A DNA stretch of 64,000 nt. Origin: Bigelowiella natans CCMP2755 (taxonomy: Eukaryota; Protista; Cercozoa). Positions 1 to 14,353 of this stretch are shown here, in pieces (positions within the stretch are counted from its first letter, which is position 1; every line of letters begins with the position of its first letter). A program made the translations under genes and the position numbers. Location: contig ADNK01003179.1 in NCBI GenBank assembly GCA_000320545.1, forward strand, positions 76,204 through 140,203. Reading direction: 5' to 3'. Under the pieces are notes generated by a model, which was not told where the DNA came from, made no database searches, and was given only the letters and a program-made list of their open reading frames with translations.

Positions 1-1246
1 GATAACAATCATAATATGGCTCCTCTATTTGATAAAGAAGGCCATACATTGTATGGCGATGATCGGTACAACTACTACTACTACTATTGCACTATTCATC
101 TTACTATTCTTCTTGTTATTATTATTATTGTCGTTGTATATGCACCTGAGACACACCATAAGGCCCAAGCTGTCAAAGACCTACACGATTATTGGCAAAT
201 GATGATTACTTGTCCTCAGTGAATTGATCTTTAGGATTGCTCAACCCCCCCCACGATGACTCAGTTCGTCTTTATTATTCTTATTCTTATACTCCTATAT
301 TCCAACCTCTTTGGGTGGTGGTGGTGAAGGTGCTGGATTTGTCTTGGTATTCTTCCATAAAGCAGGAGGCTTCCAGTGTGATCGATTCGAATCGAAGGAC
401 CCTTTAGTTTGTGTGCGTGTGTGTGTGTGTGTATGCGAAATTGGGGGGAGGGGGCGGGATGGTGCAGCGTATGTTGTAATTGTCCTAATATATCATCATC
501 ATCATCATCTTTTCATAGATTTTCTCATCATGCAGCAGCAGCAGCAGCAGCAGGAGCAGCAGAGTTTCCACTGTTTCTACAACATACAAATATCATCATC
601 ATCACCATCATCATCACAATCTATCTGTGGTGGTAGTAATAATTAGATTGAGGGTACAACTGACTGACTACATACCCAGCATAAGAGACTCCCCTCGTAG
701 CAATGTAAGGTTGAATTGCAGTACCAACGTTCCAGCAGCAGTAGCATTCTCAGCGTTGTAGGAGGACAAGGAGGAGGGATTGTAGTAGTTGTAGCGGCAG
801 CCAGCAATGGTAGGTCCTGATCCAGCTAGAGTTTTAGTTGATGATGATGAAGAATATGGAGAGGATGATGATGATGACAAAGATGAAGATCCTCCTCGAT
901 AAAGATTCAATGCTGCTAGCGCTAGACGCTTGGCCAACGGCCTCTTGAGACGCGGATGAATCCCTCCCATGAAGTTATTGCCGGGGATTTGGGAAGGAGA
1001 GTTGTTGCGAATCAATTCAGAGTAGGGCCAAAGACTTTGCAGCCACGAGCCTGTGCAGAAATAAGAGCGACACATATGATTACAGTTAGAGTAGAATATG
1101 AACGGAAAGAGAGAAGATAACGTCATGTGCAACTACCATGAATTAGATTCAACCTATCAAACACAGATATACACACATCTTACTATTTTCATCTCCTTCG
1201 TGTCTCCCCTCCTCTTTCTCTGCTGTGTACGCGCGCGCGCGCGTGT

Positions 1247-1286
<40 letters not shown>

Positions 1287-1397
1287 ATGCTGTCGCTTGT
1301 TGCTATCGACTTTCTGGAGGCCATTCAGCACATTCTTTGCCATAACGATGCGTCTCAAATGACGGCAGCGAGCAGTTGTACCTAGAAACAATAATAC

Positions 1398-1430
<33 letters not shown>

Positions 1431-1947
1431 CACTTCTTTGGACTGTTTCAATTTCACAGAAACGACAACCTAATACTAATCTCTGCTGTTGTTATTATTA
1501 TAGTGAGAATGAGTAGTTTGTACTTCAAGTCTGGATTATAATAATAATAATAATAATAATAATGATGATGATAATTACAATAATCAATCATGATACTTCG
1601 ATGATGATGATGATATATTCCTTTGCTCAAAACTTAGCATTATTATTATGTGACTTGTTTCAGGCATGATAGGACAGCAGAAGCAGCAGCAGCAGCAGGT
1701 GAATTGAAGAAAGTAAAGCAAAGTAGCTGTGTTCTCTCTTACTGGTCAGGGCACAGATCGCCACGACAAGTCGGATTTGCAGCGAAGCAGCATGGATAGT
1801 CATCATCCTTGCCTTCTGCCACTTCATCTTGTGGTAAAGGAGCTGGATTTCCATCCCCGACGAAAAACCTATTATGGTACCGTGAGTAATAATTATAACA
1901 AAGACAGTTTGCACAAAGTATATCTTTCCTCGGTCATCTTCTTCTTG

Positions 1948-1983
<36 letters not shown>

Positions 1984-2738
1984 CTCCACAGGTATAATAG
2001 TACCAAGGCTCTTGGAGATCATAGGCATGAGCACCAAACGTGTAGGGTAGGTAAGGGTTATCCTCCCAGACGCCATAGTTTGCTGTTTGCGACCAACGAA
2101 TGCCAGCCATGTGATTTCCCCACCCCTCGCTAGTACCTGCAGCTAATGTAACAATCCCTGCAGCTAATGGCTGACCATCTTCTTCTTCTTCTTGTTCTTG
2201 TTGTTGTTGTTGTCCAACGTCATCATCACCGCCATTTCCCCACGTTCTGCGCCATTCCTTGACTAAGTGTGCTACTTCACAGCCGTAGCCATCATCAGTA
2301 ACTACATTGCCTGCAGCTCCATATGCATTGTTCTCTCCTTGATACCTGATATTATCGCGTGATTCACCTGAATAATTCACGGCTATGGCGATGATGATAA
2401 TGGTGATGAGGTGATTATTTGGCTGCCTGCAAGAAAGACACACATTAACGTACCAAATACTACTACTAATACTACTACTTCTACTACTACACCACACCAG
2501 ATAAAGCCACGAGAGGAGTAGTTTGCAAAAGGCGCCACCATGCCATAGAACAGTGCCCCTGAGTTGTCTGGAATGCTTCCACCGTGAAGAGACTCATTGC
2601 TGCATTGTTGCAATGTCACATTAGAAATCCATGCCTCGATTTGACTGCCCCTTTGATAATACAAAGAAGAGAACAAATTAGATGATAACAAATGTCAGGA
2701 ATATCATAAGAAGAGATCATATTACTTTCGATGGTTCA

Positions 2739-2788
<50 letters not shown>

Positions 2789-4370
2789 TTTTGTTGTTGT
2801 TGTTGTTGTTGTATTATTACCCTATCGCACTTTGGATCACACCTATGGGCACCACAATACCTCCTCCTCCTCCTCCTCCTCCTCCTCCTCGATTGCTGCT
2901 CTTACTCATTTCTTTCGATAGTTCCACCGCGAAATACATAGCAAGTGCGGAGAACTGAGCCCAGGCACTACGGCGCTGCGACGAAGGATCGACGATGAAA
3001 GGTGCTTGCGCAGATATGCTAGCTTGGTGCCAACGGAAATCTGACAACAACAACAAGAAGCAACATTACAAATGATGATCGGAACATACCTGCTGCTACG
3101 ATAGAGAAAGAACAACAGCAGCTGGATTATGAATATCATCATAATCATCATCATCATCATCATCGTGATGGAAAATTCCTCTTATTACCATCGTCGTCGA
3201 TCTCTGTATTGTATGTTGTGACCCACTGGGGTGTCGTTGCGGCAAAATTGGTGTTCATATCTCCAAACATGAAATGCCGTACGTCCAAAAGAGCTTCTTT
3301 CTCTCTGCCGTGACTTTCTTTGATATGTTGACTACTTTTAACAGCAGCTATGAGCTCATCCTTCAAGGTATCTGCGGAGAATGTGAAAAAAGTCTCGAGG
3401 GCCATATTACTCTGACCGGAGCAAAACCAAACGTCACCATAGGTGAGGTTATACAGCACAAGTGATCCCGAGTCACCACCCCATTGGTCAGAGATCCTTG
3501 CCTAATAATGTAATAATGGGTGGTGCGTTGACGATGTGATGATGTTTACGATGCTGACGATGAACAAAGATAACAAAGACAATCTTACAGTGAAATTCCC
3601 CCCTGGAGTCTTGGAACGCCTAAGAGTCGCAACCCATACGTAGTCGCCGTGAGATGGCATTGGACCTGAGGAAAGTAGAGGTAGAAACAGATCTACAAAT
3701 TACGACACAAACATGTTGGGACTTAAACGTCGTTTTGATGGGTTCGATATGTAGCCCAAATGCACACATGATGCGCAGGATTGAAGAAAATTCTCCATTT
3801 CGCAAACTTCAAGCAATTATTTTAGTTCGTCCCTGTTGCTTTATTGCTATATACCGGCTGTCGGAAAGTATGCGCCAGGGTCCTCATATGGATATACTAC
3901 CGCAGAGAGATTGTACCGAACCTTCCCCCCTCCTCCTCCAATTTGGCCATACCCATCGATAGACACTGAGATCAAGGGAGCTGTCCCTATGAAACAAAGA
4001 ACGAAGTTAAGTGAAAAAATACAATGAAAACGACGTGAAGGATCTTCTTTTATAATTCGGTAATAATACCGTTGACAGAAGTGGCGAATCCGTACAGTTT
4101 GGGCGGTTTTTTTGTGATTGTTCGGTTATAGCTAGTCGAAGAACGCTGCAGAACCATGTTCGAAGAAATTCCGGTCGAGGGCTGGATCCGGCTAAGAAAT
4201 GGCAACATTCAAAAAGAAGCGCAGATTCGAAGATACTCGGTAAAAAGTACATTGTAGCCTCCATTAACTTACCGTGGAGATTCTTTCATCCCCCGAAGAT
4301 TGATTCCACTCTCCGTTGCTACGAAGAGTAGCAACAATACGACGAAAGTCGGCGAATGGGGTTCCATCAT
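1..4370 (-). CDS. Secreted sialate O-acetylesterase (SASA/SGNH-type) family protein, multi-exon; 3' end probably at or beyond the left window edge
   Basis: ATG at 4370 starts a signal-peptide-like MMEPHSPTFVVLLLLFVATES. Spliced exons carry SIAE-family motifs in order: SSNMVLQR (~4145-4165), GDVWFCSGQSNM (~3405-3440), FSALAMYF, PIGVIQSAIG-GSQIEAW, ALFYGMVAPF, FIW/YQGENN, YDLQEPW, GIHPRLKRPLAKRLA (~920-970). Confidence 0.85.
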
Positions 4371-4456
4371 CGCTTAGCTACTCCAGCAAAGCCGTTGAGG
4401 AGGAGGAGGAGGAGGAGGAGGAGGAGGAGGTTGCACAAAAAGGAAATAAAAAGATG

Positions 4457-4529
4457 CGGTCAGTAAGGGGGTCGAACCCTTGACCTTTCGGTTAACAGCC
4501 GAATGCTCTACCGACTGAGCTAACTAACC
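4457..4529 (-). tRNA. tRNA-Asn (GTT), 73 nt, no intron
   Basis: Minus strand reads GGTTAGT TA GCTC AGTCGGTA GAGC A TTCGG CTGTTAA CCGAA AGGTC AAGGG TTCGACC CCCTT ACTGACC G: a complete cloverleaf with anticodon GTT. A T-run (Pol III terminator-like) lies immediately downstream. Confidence 0.96.
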
Positions 4530-4904
4530 TGTTTAACATATGTCACATACACAAAATCGCCTATACCGATATGCATTTTATTTATATTCATGTTATCACA
4601 CAAAAACATGACGACATCCTCAGACGCTTGACGCCCTGGGGTTGTCTTTTTTCCTAAATGGCGTGTATTTGGGAGATACGACAAGTAAGTAGTTTTCCTT
4701 CCCAACGAAAGAATTATTAGAACGGCACGTGGAAGAAGGGTAAGCTCTCCCGCTGAGCCACCTCTCGTTTAACCTTCTTTTCGAACACAAGTATATGATT
4801 ATCTACTAATCCTCTCGCACCTACCTATGCTTGCGTTATTATTTTTTTATATCTTGAGCATAAATATACCCTGCAATATACGAAACTCGAAACAAATTTA
4901 CAGG

Positions 4905-5449
4905 ATGTTATTCCAGCTCCCAACGCTGCTAGTCGCATTCAGGATACTTGTGGCACTGGTTTTCGAGATTGCTGTGATATATGCGGGTCGAAACAGTTGT
5001 AATAGTTCTTTGCATGCTATCCCTTTCTCCATTGTGAGTTGAATAAGTAGAGTTACCTGAAACATCTCACGTTCTTCCCCTCTTCTTTGAACGTAGGGTG
5101 GAAGATAATGTGGGTATTATTTTTGCATCGAATAAATTTCTTTCGGCAACTTGTCGGTGTGCCTAAAATCCAAAAACCAAAGAAGTATAAAGTATTGCAG
5201 GAGGAACGTAAATGGGAAAAAGCCAGGTAGTTTTACAACAAACCTAGGAACCACTTTTGCGGATTTTTAAAACGTTTTTTTTTGTAGAAATTTTGTCATC
5301 TCTTCAGTAAAAACATCTTCTTCGACTCTAAATCTTTCGAATGTAATATATTCTTTTTATCTTCCAGAATGTTGGCCGCAAGAGAGGCGGCGAAGCATAA
5401 GAGCCAGCGGAAAAATAGTCCCTATTTCAACGTTTCACGCCCCATATAG
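4905..5449 (+). CDS. SMIM13-like (DUF4750) small integral membrane protein, 3 exons (4905-4986, 5097-5226, 5368-5449)
   Basis: GT-AG splicing keeps frame: MLFQLPTLLVAFRILVALVFEIAVIYAGWKIMWVLFLHRINFFRQLVGVPK...SRPI*. A hydrophobic helix is followed by GWxxxWxLFLxxxxFxRxLVG, the pattern I recall for SMIM13. An extra 5' exon is possible. Confidence 0.65.
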
Positions 5450-6159
5450 AGATGAGATGAAGTATCTTCCCATCAGAGAGCAAGAGGATAACAGAAAGGG
5501 GGGGGATGATCTCTAAACATATGATAGATTGGACAACACAATGATTATTTTGTACAGCTGGGCAACACACTGAGATTATAGTACTATTCAATCAAGATTG
5601 AGGTTTCCTTTGTGCAACTGCCGTCATTTCCAGATTAACTTTATGCCTTCGTACAATATCTACTGCAATTCACGAACGCTGACTTGTCCCTTTTAGCTTG
5701 TAGTAACAAAAATTGAGGAAGAAAAGCTAGATTGTAAAAATGTTAAAATTACAGGGCATTTTATTCGGTGGTACAAATGAATCTCAAGTTCCATCATTAT
5801 GGTGTAGATAAAAAAGTTGCTTATTTTTTTCCTAATTATATAATTATGGAGAATAATTTTTAGTATTCCTTTTTTGAATGTTTCCGCAAGAAAATAGTCT
5901 CTGAATTTTTTTCCAGGGGAAGGGATAGTGATTATTAAGCTTAGGAAACTTGCTTTATGAGCTCGCACCAATTTTAGACCTGTTAGAAACCCTAGATACG
6001 TACAGTAATTGACGTTTTTTGGGTCGTCGTCGTCTTTAAAACGATGTCACGCACATTGCTGTAGAAAGTTACGCGTCATTCGTTATTATAATTGTTTTGG
6101 CTAAATCCGTGTTTGATACGCCATTTTACTCTTGACATATTCTGCAACACGCTATAGCC

Positions 6160-6760
6160 ACGTACCTTCGCAGCTATTGTATTTCACTAATGATACATCT
6201 AGCTTCGCTTTCGCCTATGCAACTAGATGGCTCATGATGACTAGAGGATGATGCGAGATTCAAAGACGAGCAGCTTACACCTATCTGGACACATGTGTAT
6301 AAGTAGCAGTCGATCGTAGCAGCAGGCACGTGGATGCATACGTTTACAGCCGCCAGGGATGATGCATACATCTAGATATGTAGCAGCGTAGTAAAGCTTA
6401 TAAGCTGTGTAGCAAGTATGCGGAGCAGAACAGATGAAATATGAGGATGAAAAGCAACAATGCTAGAATGAGTGCAATGCCCACATATAGATGTGTCTGT
6501 TGCTACGCTGGCACGCACTGCTGTCAGGGTTAGCTCATGCAGTTGATCTGCAAAGCTATCGCTCATTTAGCAAATCTTGTTCATTCTTGTATTCAAATAA
6601 ATGGTAATAATATATGATTTTAGCTACCAAAAATCAATAGTGGCTGAAGCGCGTGCGTGGCCTTCCTGAATACGCAGCATCAAGCTCAGCGCAGTACGTA
6701 CGTGGTAGATAGATCGAGAGCATTACGTGCGAAGCCACCAGATGTTGCTCTTTCAAGATC
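6160..6760. other. Convergent-junction tract 1 (TAGC/GCAT/CTAG-rich, homopolymer-poor)
   Basis: Lies between the stops of the SMIM13-like gene (+) and the coiled-coil gene (-). Rich in tctaga, atgcat, tagc, cacgtg, cgcg. Edges approximate. Confidence 0.6.
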
Positions 6761-7084
6761 TGGCGTTTTTTAATCTCTGGTTTTTAGGCACTGTGTACAA
6801 TAGCTAGATTGACACAACGCATAGTACACATGTTGCACATAACATAGCAGAGGAAAGCATCTCATTGAGGATGAATAAAAAAAATTTCCTTGCTCTTTTT
6901 CCCACCTCTAGCATATACTGTGTTCCACAGTGTGCTTTCGCCGCAGGGAAGGCTTCTAGACACATGGCAACGCTTTTCCATACCACATAGTGCTTACATC
7001 TACATTTTACATTATTGTCTACGAAATCTTACATCACACTCTGTTGAGCGTGATTCACGATAGGTATTAGCCCAATGGGCACTC

Positions 7085-10000
7085 TCATGATCTGTATTCG
7101 AACCACTTATGAGAGGTTATCTTTGCTGAAGGCTTAAAGTTTGCAGCTAAGCTTTTGAACTTAGAGATTCCTTTCAAGAGGTTGATCATCTGCGATAAAA
7201 GCGAAACAAATCAAGCTGAATACAAATCTGCGCACTTTTACTGAAGTCAAAATTTGTTTACCTGCTCGGTTTTCCATTCTAAAGAGAAGAATGGGTTCTG
7301 GAAGCGAAGACTAGCCAATGCCATGACACCCTCAAGAAATTCCCAAAAGATAATATGGCCTTTTTTGCTCACTTCAGGCGGGTCTTTGCCTGTTACTCGT
7401 AAGTCTATTTGAACATACGCGAATATCCGTATTGCTTGCTTATACGACACATGTTTTTGTTCTATCATTCCCGTATCCTTGACGAAATCGCAGAATTGGT
7501 TGTAATTCATTTGAAAATGCTTTGTCTCATCGAGTTCCTTCATATCTTTAGATAAAGATCGAAATAATTTATACACAAATCCAAAATGTGTCTCCAGCAC
7601 ATACTCAACCTTCTTCGACTTCATTTCAACTCGAAATTGTATCTCTGGCCGAATATTACGGTACGTTAAGACGTGTGACTTGAGCATTTTGGTCAACGAG
7701 CTCTTGATATTATCTCCAAACTTCTCACATGCTAATACGACTACGATTTTCAAAAAGTCTCTAAATGATACCCTCCCACTCGTTCTTGTTTTGGCGCACA
7801 GAATCTTTGTAGTCGCTACATCGACTTCAGCAGCTTCTAAACGTCCCCCAATCACAAGTATCTGTCGTATGAACCGCCATAAGCGGAGAGGAGTCCACGA
7901 GAGCGTTTCTTCTCCCTCTTCTACATTATGTTCCAAATCACGTCCTTCTTCTGCCACAGTTTCGAATATGAACTCCAAGTCGTTCATATACTTATTCAAA
8001 ATACTTTCTACTGCAGTTTTGAATTCTTTAGGGGATATTGATGAAGATGATTGCCCTTGCGACTGTCGCCTCGCTTTGACCACCTCTTTTGCAATTTCTT
8101 GAACATCAATCTAATAGCATCAAAAGCAACGTGAAATGATGATCATGACAGTGATAATGTAATCATGATTGTCGTTACGTATTGCCAAAGAATATAAAAG
8201 ATTAGTACGACTTCATATGCGACCGACGACAACCAAACTGAGCTAATCGTTGGAATGTTTATGGGTTATTTCTTTTGGTGGAAAGGATTATGTTCTTACG
8301 GATTCGCAGACGACTTTCTCCTTTTTTTTTACTTCGTGGTTTTGTTGTATTCCAGTCTCATTTTCAGCAATGCTAACTGCCAGCTCATAATGAGCCTGTA
8401 ATCCTGCGCCTCGACGTAACTTGTCCCACTTGCTATCTGCCTCTCTTAACCGCTCCTTCTCCTCCCGAAGTAAAGGCGCAAATTTCTTGATAGTTTGTAC
8501 CAAATATTGCATCTGGTGGAAGTCAGTCAGCCTCTCTGGATTTGAGCAGAAGATTGAACAGGTGTGTCTCATCTCATTCATGATTACTCTACCCTTGTCG
8601 ACTTGAGACCGAATGTTTGGATACGCATTAGCCAACCATGCAACTGCACCTTTAACAACAGCTTCACGGGGCATCGAAGGATCGAATCCAATCTTATTAA
8701 GGAATGTGCTATCGATAAACGATGCTCCATCTGTGCGAGCCATTCCGTCGGTTTCTATCGCAGCCATACTATCGGCAAGAAAGGAGTCTATCGGAATACG
8801 GGAAGATTCTGTGCTGATTATAAATCGATCTGGAGGATGCTGCTGCCAAAGCCTTCGGAAAATCTCGTCTTCCACGTCGGTATGATATTCTTGCTGAAAG
8901 GGGAGAGAGGGGGGGGGGGGGAGGAGAGAAATTAATGATAAATCCCAGAACAACACACTGTTTATACCCAGGATCATTAATTAAGTTTTGGTGTGCAACC
9001 TTAGGAACATGACGACGCGGATGTTTCCGTACATGGTTCATCCCGACGTAATCGAAGTTCATATATGTCAATGATGTTTGATCCATGGGGTCTGAGTAGC
9101 GAGAATGATGGCGATGGTTTTATAAACTTATTTCAAAGAGAATATGGAGCAATGCTAATGATGATGATGGTGGTGATGATGACGACGACGACGACGATTA
9201 TTTCGTTGAAAAATGATACATAAAAGAAAAATACTTTTTTCATTTTTGGAATTCTTCCTCTCTCCTTTTTTGGCAATGAACTAAAAACAGACAACCAATA
9301 CTACTACTACCACTACAACTACTACTACTACTACTACTTCTCCTTACTGCCGCTACTATTACACTATTGCTGGCACTTAAATGAGGTTGCAGGTTGCAAA
9401 CAATGCATCAGTGGTGATAAATATAATACCTTGTTCAGAAGCTTTTGGTTTTTTATCAACGGTGATTTCAGCAAAAGACATGTCTTTTTTGTTGGGGATC
9501 GTTCCGCCTATACCTGCCCCCCCACCAGAGCGACCAAGAAAGTCCAAAAAGGTCTTTGGAATATGACTCCGACGTTTCTTGACAAATTCTTGCTCATCAG
9601 TAGCGTCATTCTTGCTTTCCCTCATTTCTTTTCTATCCCTCGTAGTCGAGGTTGTTGCTCCATATCGTTGTTTTAAGACGTCAAATTGACAGGCTTGATG
9701 CTTCAACCATTTTGTGAGGATATTGATATATGAAACATCATCCTTCTTATCGAAGGAACCTTCCGAAGGAATAGTCTCCGAGTCTTCTTCATCTAGAGGA
9801 CGAATGGAAAGTGAAAATTAAGCACAATGATGCAGCACCAGTATCATAGTGATACAAGAAATAATTGTTTCTGTATTTTGTAAGGAGAAGAATAATGGGT
9901 ATTGGTGGTGATATTATTGTTGTTTGTAGCTCATTGGTTTGTAGCCGACTATACGTGTTTTTATTTTAATGATCTCATTGTTATTTAACAACACTAAGGA

Positions 10001-10530
10001 ATTAACGATAAATGACATGGTTAATTGTCAAAGTATTGTCGTATCTTGATCAATTTTTTTACTATTTAAGATAATAAGTAGTATTCCGAAAGTGGCGTGT
10101 TTGATCGAATTACACTAGGGGACCTTGTGATTGATGATGGGTGATAACTGGAGAGGCGTTAGATTTCTTTTTCCTTCTTCCTTTTGACAAGGATTTCGTA
10201 TTGGCCTTGATATTTGCTTCGGTGAGGCGTACATTTCTTTTAATTAAAGGTGGGTATTCAGGAATAAATTCCTCCTGGGCACAATTTGTTTCTAGCTTCG
10301 CAATCTCGTCTATCATAGAAAAGTCTTGATACCTAAGAAGAAGAAGAAGAGGCAAAGCAGGAAATCTTATTGAAAGCTCCCCCTCTCCTCTTCTTAAACC
10401 CAATAAACTCCCTACCCCCCCCTTTCCCCCTCACAAATCAAAAATACTTAAGAACAATTCTAAAACTAAAAAACTAAATGGATACCATATTGCTACATAA
10501 ACTGGCATCGCTACTATTTGCAATACGGCT

Positions 10531-10570
<40 letters not shown>

Positions 10571-11643
10571 TATGTAGTAATCTATAGCCTCTTTTCTAAT
10601 TCTAATTGAAGTATAATATGGCAATAAGTATTTCTGTAACTGCATCAGTTGTTGGTATAGGTATGAGTTATAAACACCCCATATTCTCCAGTCTCCACAC
10701 TTGATTATCATATCCACTACAAGCGAAACTTAGAAATCTACAGAAGCCTTTCCGGACGATGGAGAAGTTATCTTTATGCTGATGCATTTCTTCAATGAGC
10801 ACTTTACTATGATCAATTTCCCTTCTTATCACGCCATGGATGGATTTGGCGAGTTGAATCTTTGACTTTATAGTATCTTGTCTTTTATGCATATCCTGAA
10901 GCTCGCTGTTCTGCCCATCCAATCGTCTTTGCAGTATGTCGCTCTCTGCATCCAAATCCTCTATCTTTTGAAGGGCTAGTTTGTGTTTGGAATTTAATGT
11001 CCTCCTTCGCCATCTCTCAAAGAATGTGCGGTAACGAAATCGTATGCCTTTTGTTGACCGTGAAGCAGATGCATCCATCGACCAAACAACCATAAATAAT
11101 GAATAATTGGAAAGCAGCAGTCGCAACAACAAAAACTTCAGTAACATCAACCAAGGATCTCTTCTGGCAAACCAACGACATCACGCTTCAAAATTGAGTG
11201 GAAAGATTCCCAAAAAAAAAATGTGCCAATGAATTTGGGAGGAGGAAGAATAGTGAGTTATAGCCTCATACAATTATATTAGACACTGTATATGTAAGCA
11301 ATTGCCCGTCTCGCCATAGAATAAATCAAGCTTTATCTTACCGAGTAGCTTCATGATAACTTTCATGCCCTTAAATTGAATGTCTTTCCTATGGGCTTTT
11401 TGACTTCGATACCAACCATTCCATGTGTACAACACGATTGATACAATCGGAATTCTCCATCTCTCTGAGATTTTCTTTACACCCCATCCGAATCTGGCCA
11501 ATATTATCGGCAGCAGCAATCATCATCATAACCAATTTAGTCGTAAACAAAAAAAAGCTAGGGATGAGAGATACAAGGAATTATATAAAGTAAGACTTCT
11601 TTCTCTCAACTTTATTGTTTGCCTTGGATGTTCGTAGTGCTCA

Positions 11644-11681
<38 letters not shown>

Positions 11682-14013
11682 CGTGTATGTGTGCGTGTAT
11701 GTGTTTTAAGTATTCGTAGCACGAATGAATGTGCAAAGATGCGTTAAGAGAAATGAGGTAGCAATTGTATGCTGAATGGAACTTACTTCTCGGTGATGAT
11801 CGTATAAAGTTGCTTTTCACTGTCATATTCCTGTTTGACACTCTCTTGCATTTTCTTGATTCCTTTCAACGTTTCAATGTGCTCTGTCTCTCTGTATTGA
11901 TGAAGCATCAGCCTCTTTGCGCCAACAGGTATGTGGTAAATAGCTTTAAGAAGATGATCTACCATTTCTGACATGACTGTCCTCACAGAAGCAGGCTGTA
12001 ACGTTGATACATGTTTGAGGAGAAGATCGGAGCACACGAAAGTCCGGAGTGGGTGAGGATCACGTAGGTTGCGAGTGATTCGCATTATTTCCTGGGTTTT
12101 TAATTCCACGTATATCGATTGCGAATCGAACATGTTACGCTCTTCCTGATACTTTTTAAGCCAAGGGCTTATCATAAGTTCGGTGCTCTCTTCGTCCTCC
12201 TCAGTGCCTTTTTCTTCTAGAAATGACGGCAAAAACATGTCTAACCCATCCACAATGCCACTACCACTAGCGTAGGTTTTCCTCCCAATCTTCATGATCT
12301 GGCTGTCCGATAGACCACCTGTTATTGCTACACCACCAGTCGAATGATGCTGCCGCTGCTGCTGCTGCTGAAGGCGATGCTGCTTGATTCTCTTCTTTAG
12401 TGCCACAGCTCTATGTGCCGAAAGATCAATATATCCTCTTCTTCTCCTGCTACTACTCTCTCGTGCTGTCTTAGGCAGAAATCGTGATTGTGAGGCCGAT
12501 AGAGATAGAGATCTGCTACTTTTACGTTGCGAACGAGGGGTGGGCGAATACAATGAAGATGCGGTTGACCCGGAAGAGAAGCTGTTGCTAGGCCTTCTAA
12601 TCAACCTAGATGAACTTCCTTTAGCTTCATCGTCCTCGTCGAGATCTCTCTGAATACATTTATGTGGGCGTTATCATTTCATCATACCATTTATTCAGAG
12701 GAACCATTCGTTAGGCCCGTGTCTGTTATTATATTTTGTACTACTACTACTATATGGCTACAAGTGATATACGAATTCCTATAGCAACAGAAACGATGTT
12801 TTTTACTTCTATGGTTTGTACAATTAATACGTACAATGTTCTGGACGTGGATCTTCATTTGTTGATCGATGAACTTTTCAGCGCTCACTGGTCCATCAGC
12901 TGGCTTCGGTGATGATATTATATTTTTTTCAACGCTTGCAGATGGGTCGTTAAAAAATCTTACTCTTCCTTCTCTCGCTCCGGGTGATGGTAACAACGAT
13001 GATGAAAATACTGAAGATGGGATAGATACAGAAAGAGGCCGTCTGTTGCTGTTATATACTTGCTGTTGTTTTGGACGCAGCAGCAGATTATTCTTTTGTG
13101 GAAATGATTTAATCCTCGTCCGCGATGTTGTGGTCCCAACGGGCATGGATCTCCTAACACTCGTACTTTTCTTTCCCCTCCCTTATTACAAATCAAATGA
13201 TAATATTTGTGGTCAGTTTGTGGTATCTCTACTGGGTGAGTAACCCTCGTGAATGATGATGTGCTAAACATTGGTCTATCTACTTCAACCACCTTGTGTA
13301 GGTAGCTTATTTCTACTCGTCATTTTCAAACTGGGCAATGCAGACGTACTGGACAATGGGTCGCCCTTTCTGCGCATTGGGAAAGATACTGAAGATGATT
13401 TATTCCTTCGTAGGTACGATCTGGAAGACAATGGATAAGAGTCTTTGGAGGCTCCCCCACTGGCTACTGATGACAGTTGTAAAAGAAGGAAAACCAACAG
13501 CAGAGGGTAAATGAGTAATGATAAAAAACGGGAAGTTTAGAAATTCTGATTTTGCATAAAGTAACTGAGTTGGTAAATGACAAAAAATTAGCAATAGTAG
13601 GCATTAGGCCTTACATCTATTCTGATCCGGGCTCTTGACTTGTCTGTTAAAGAAACGTAAAAGCACACCGTTCGTATTCAGATGACTGTACTTTGTGACA
13701 AATATATGTAGGATGTGCTGCTTCTACTTAGGAAAATGACAACCTATTTCCGTTCTCTGTGCCCGAGGAAAAAAAAGGAATCTTCGATGAAGCTGATGAC
13801 GACTTCATTTCTATTAGTTAGGGTGATGATGATGATGATGATGATATTTGCAAATAGGCAGATAAGGTAGCTATGTCACTTTTTACCGGGGGTAGCACAC
13901 ATGTTCATATATGCTACTGTGACAGGAGAGGTCCAGTTGACGGTTCCTTTTTCCTTCGTTCCCACGTCGTTCATGCCCTTTGCATGTACGGCATCTTTCT
14001 CTTCCGCATCCAT
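7085..14013 (-). CDS. Large multi-exon hypothetical protein: low-complexity Ser/Arg-rich N-terminus, coiled coil, C-terminal EF-hand-like helical repeats (possibly flagellar-associated)
   Basis: Long exon-like ORFs at 11783-12650, 10750-11050 (coiled coil), 8320-8895 and 7262-8110 (VSFRDFLKIVVVLA; MNYNQFCDFVKD; IIFWEFLEGVMALA). The last exon ends FEYRS* at 7085. The start at 14013 (MDAEEKD) is tentative and this could be two genes. Confidence 0.6.
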
Positions 14014-14353
14014 GATTTCAGCTCCCGTCTATGCTGCAGGTTTTATAAAATCCAGATCCTACTGCTTTCGAAACTTCAACCCAGGGTGTGTTTCCGGTTT
14101 CGCAGGAAGTAGTAGAAGAAGTTCGTTACCGACTCCATAGTTATTACATGGGACACCGTTGTTGTTGTTGTTGTTGCCAGTTAAGTCTTACCGTGTTCAG
14201 CGACACATGTTACGCCACAAAACCCCAATAATTCTACCATAAATGCAGGGCGTTTTTACATTTTTTTGAATATGATCGAAATCTCCTCTATTTTAGCAGC
14301 TGCGACAATGTCAGCGGGTGGACCAAGATTATCCGTATAATTCATGGCAGAAC

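Noticed and set aside
5690-6000. AT-rich segment as a possible MITE
   Set aside because: No terminal inverted repeats or TSD found by eye.
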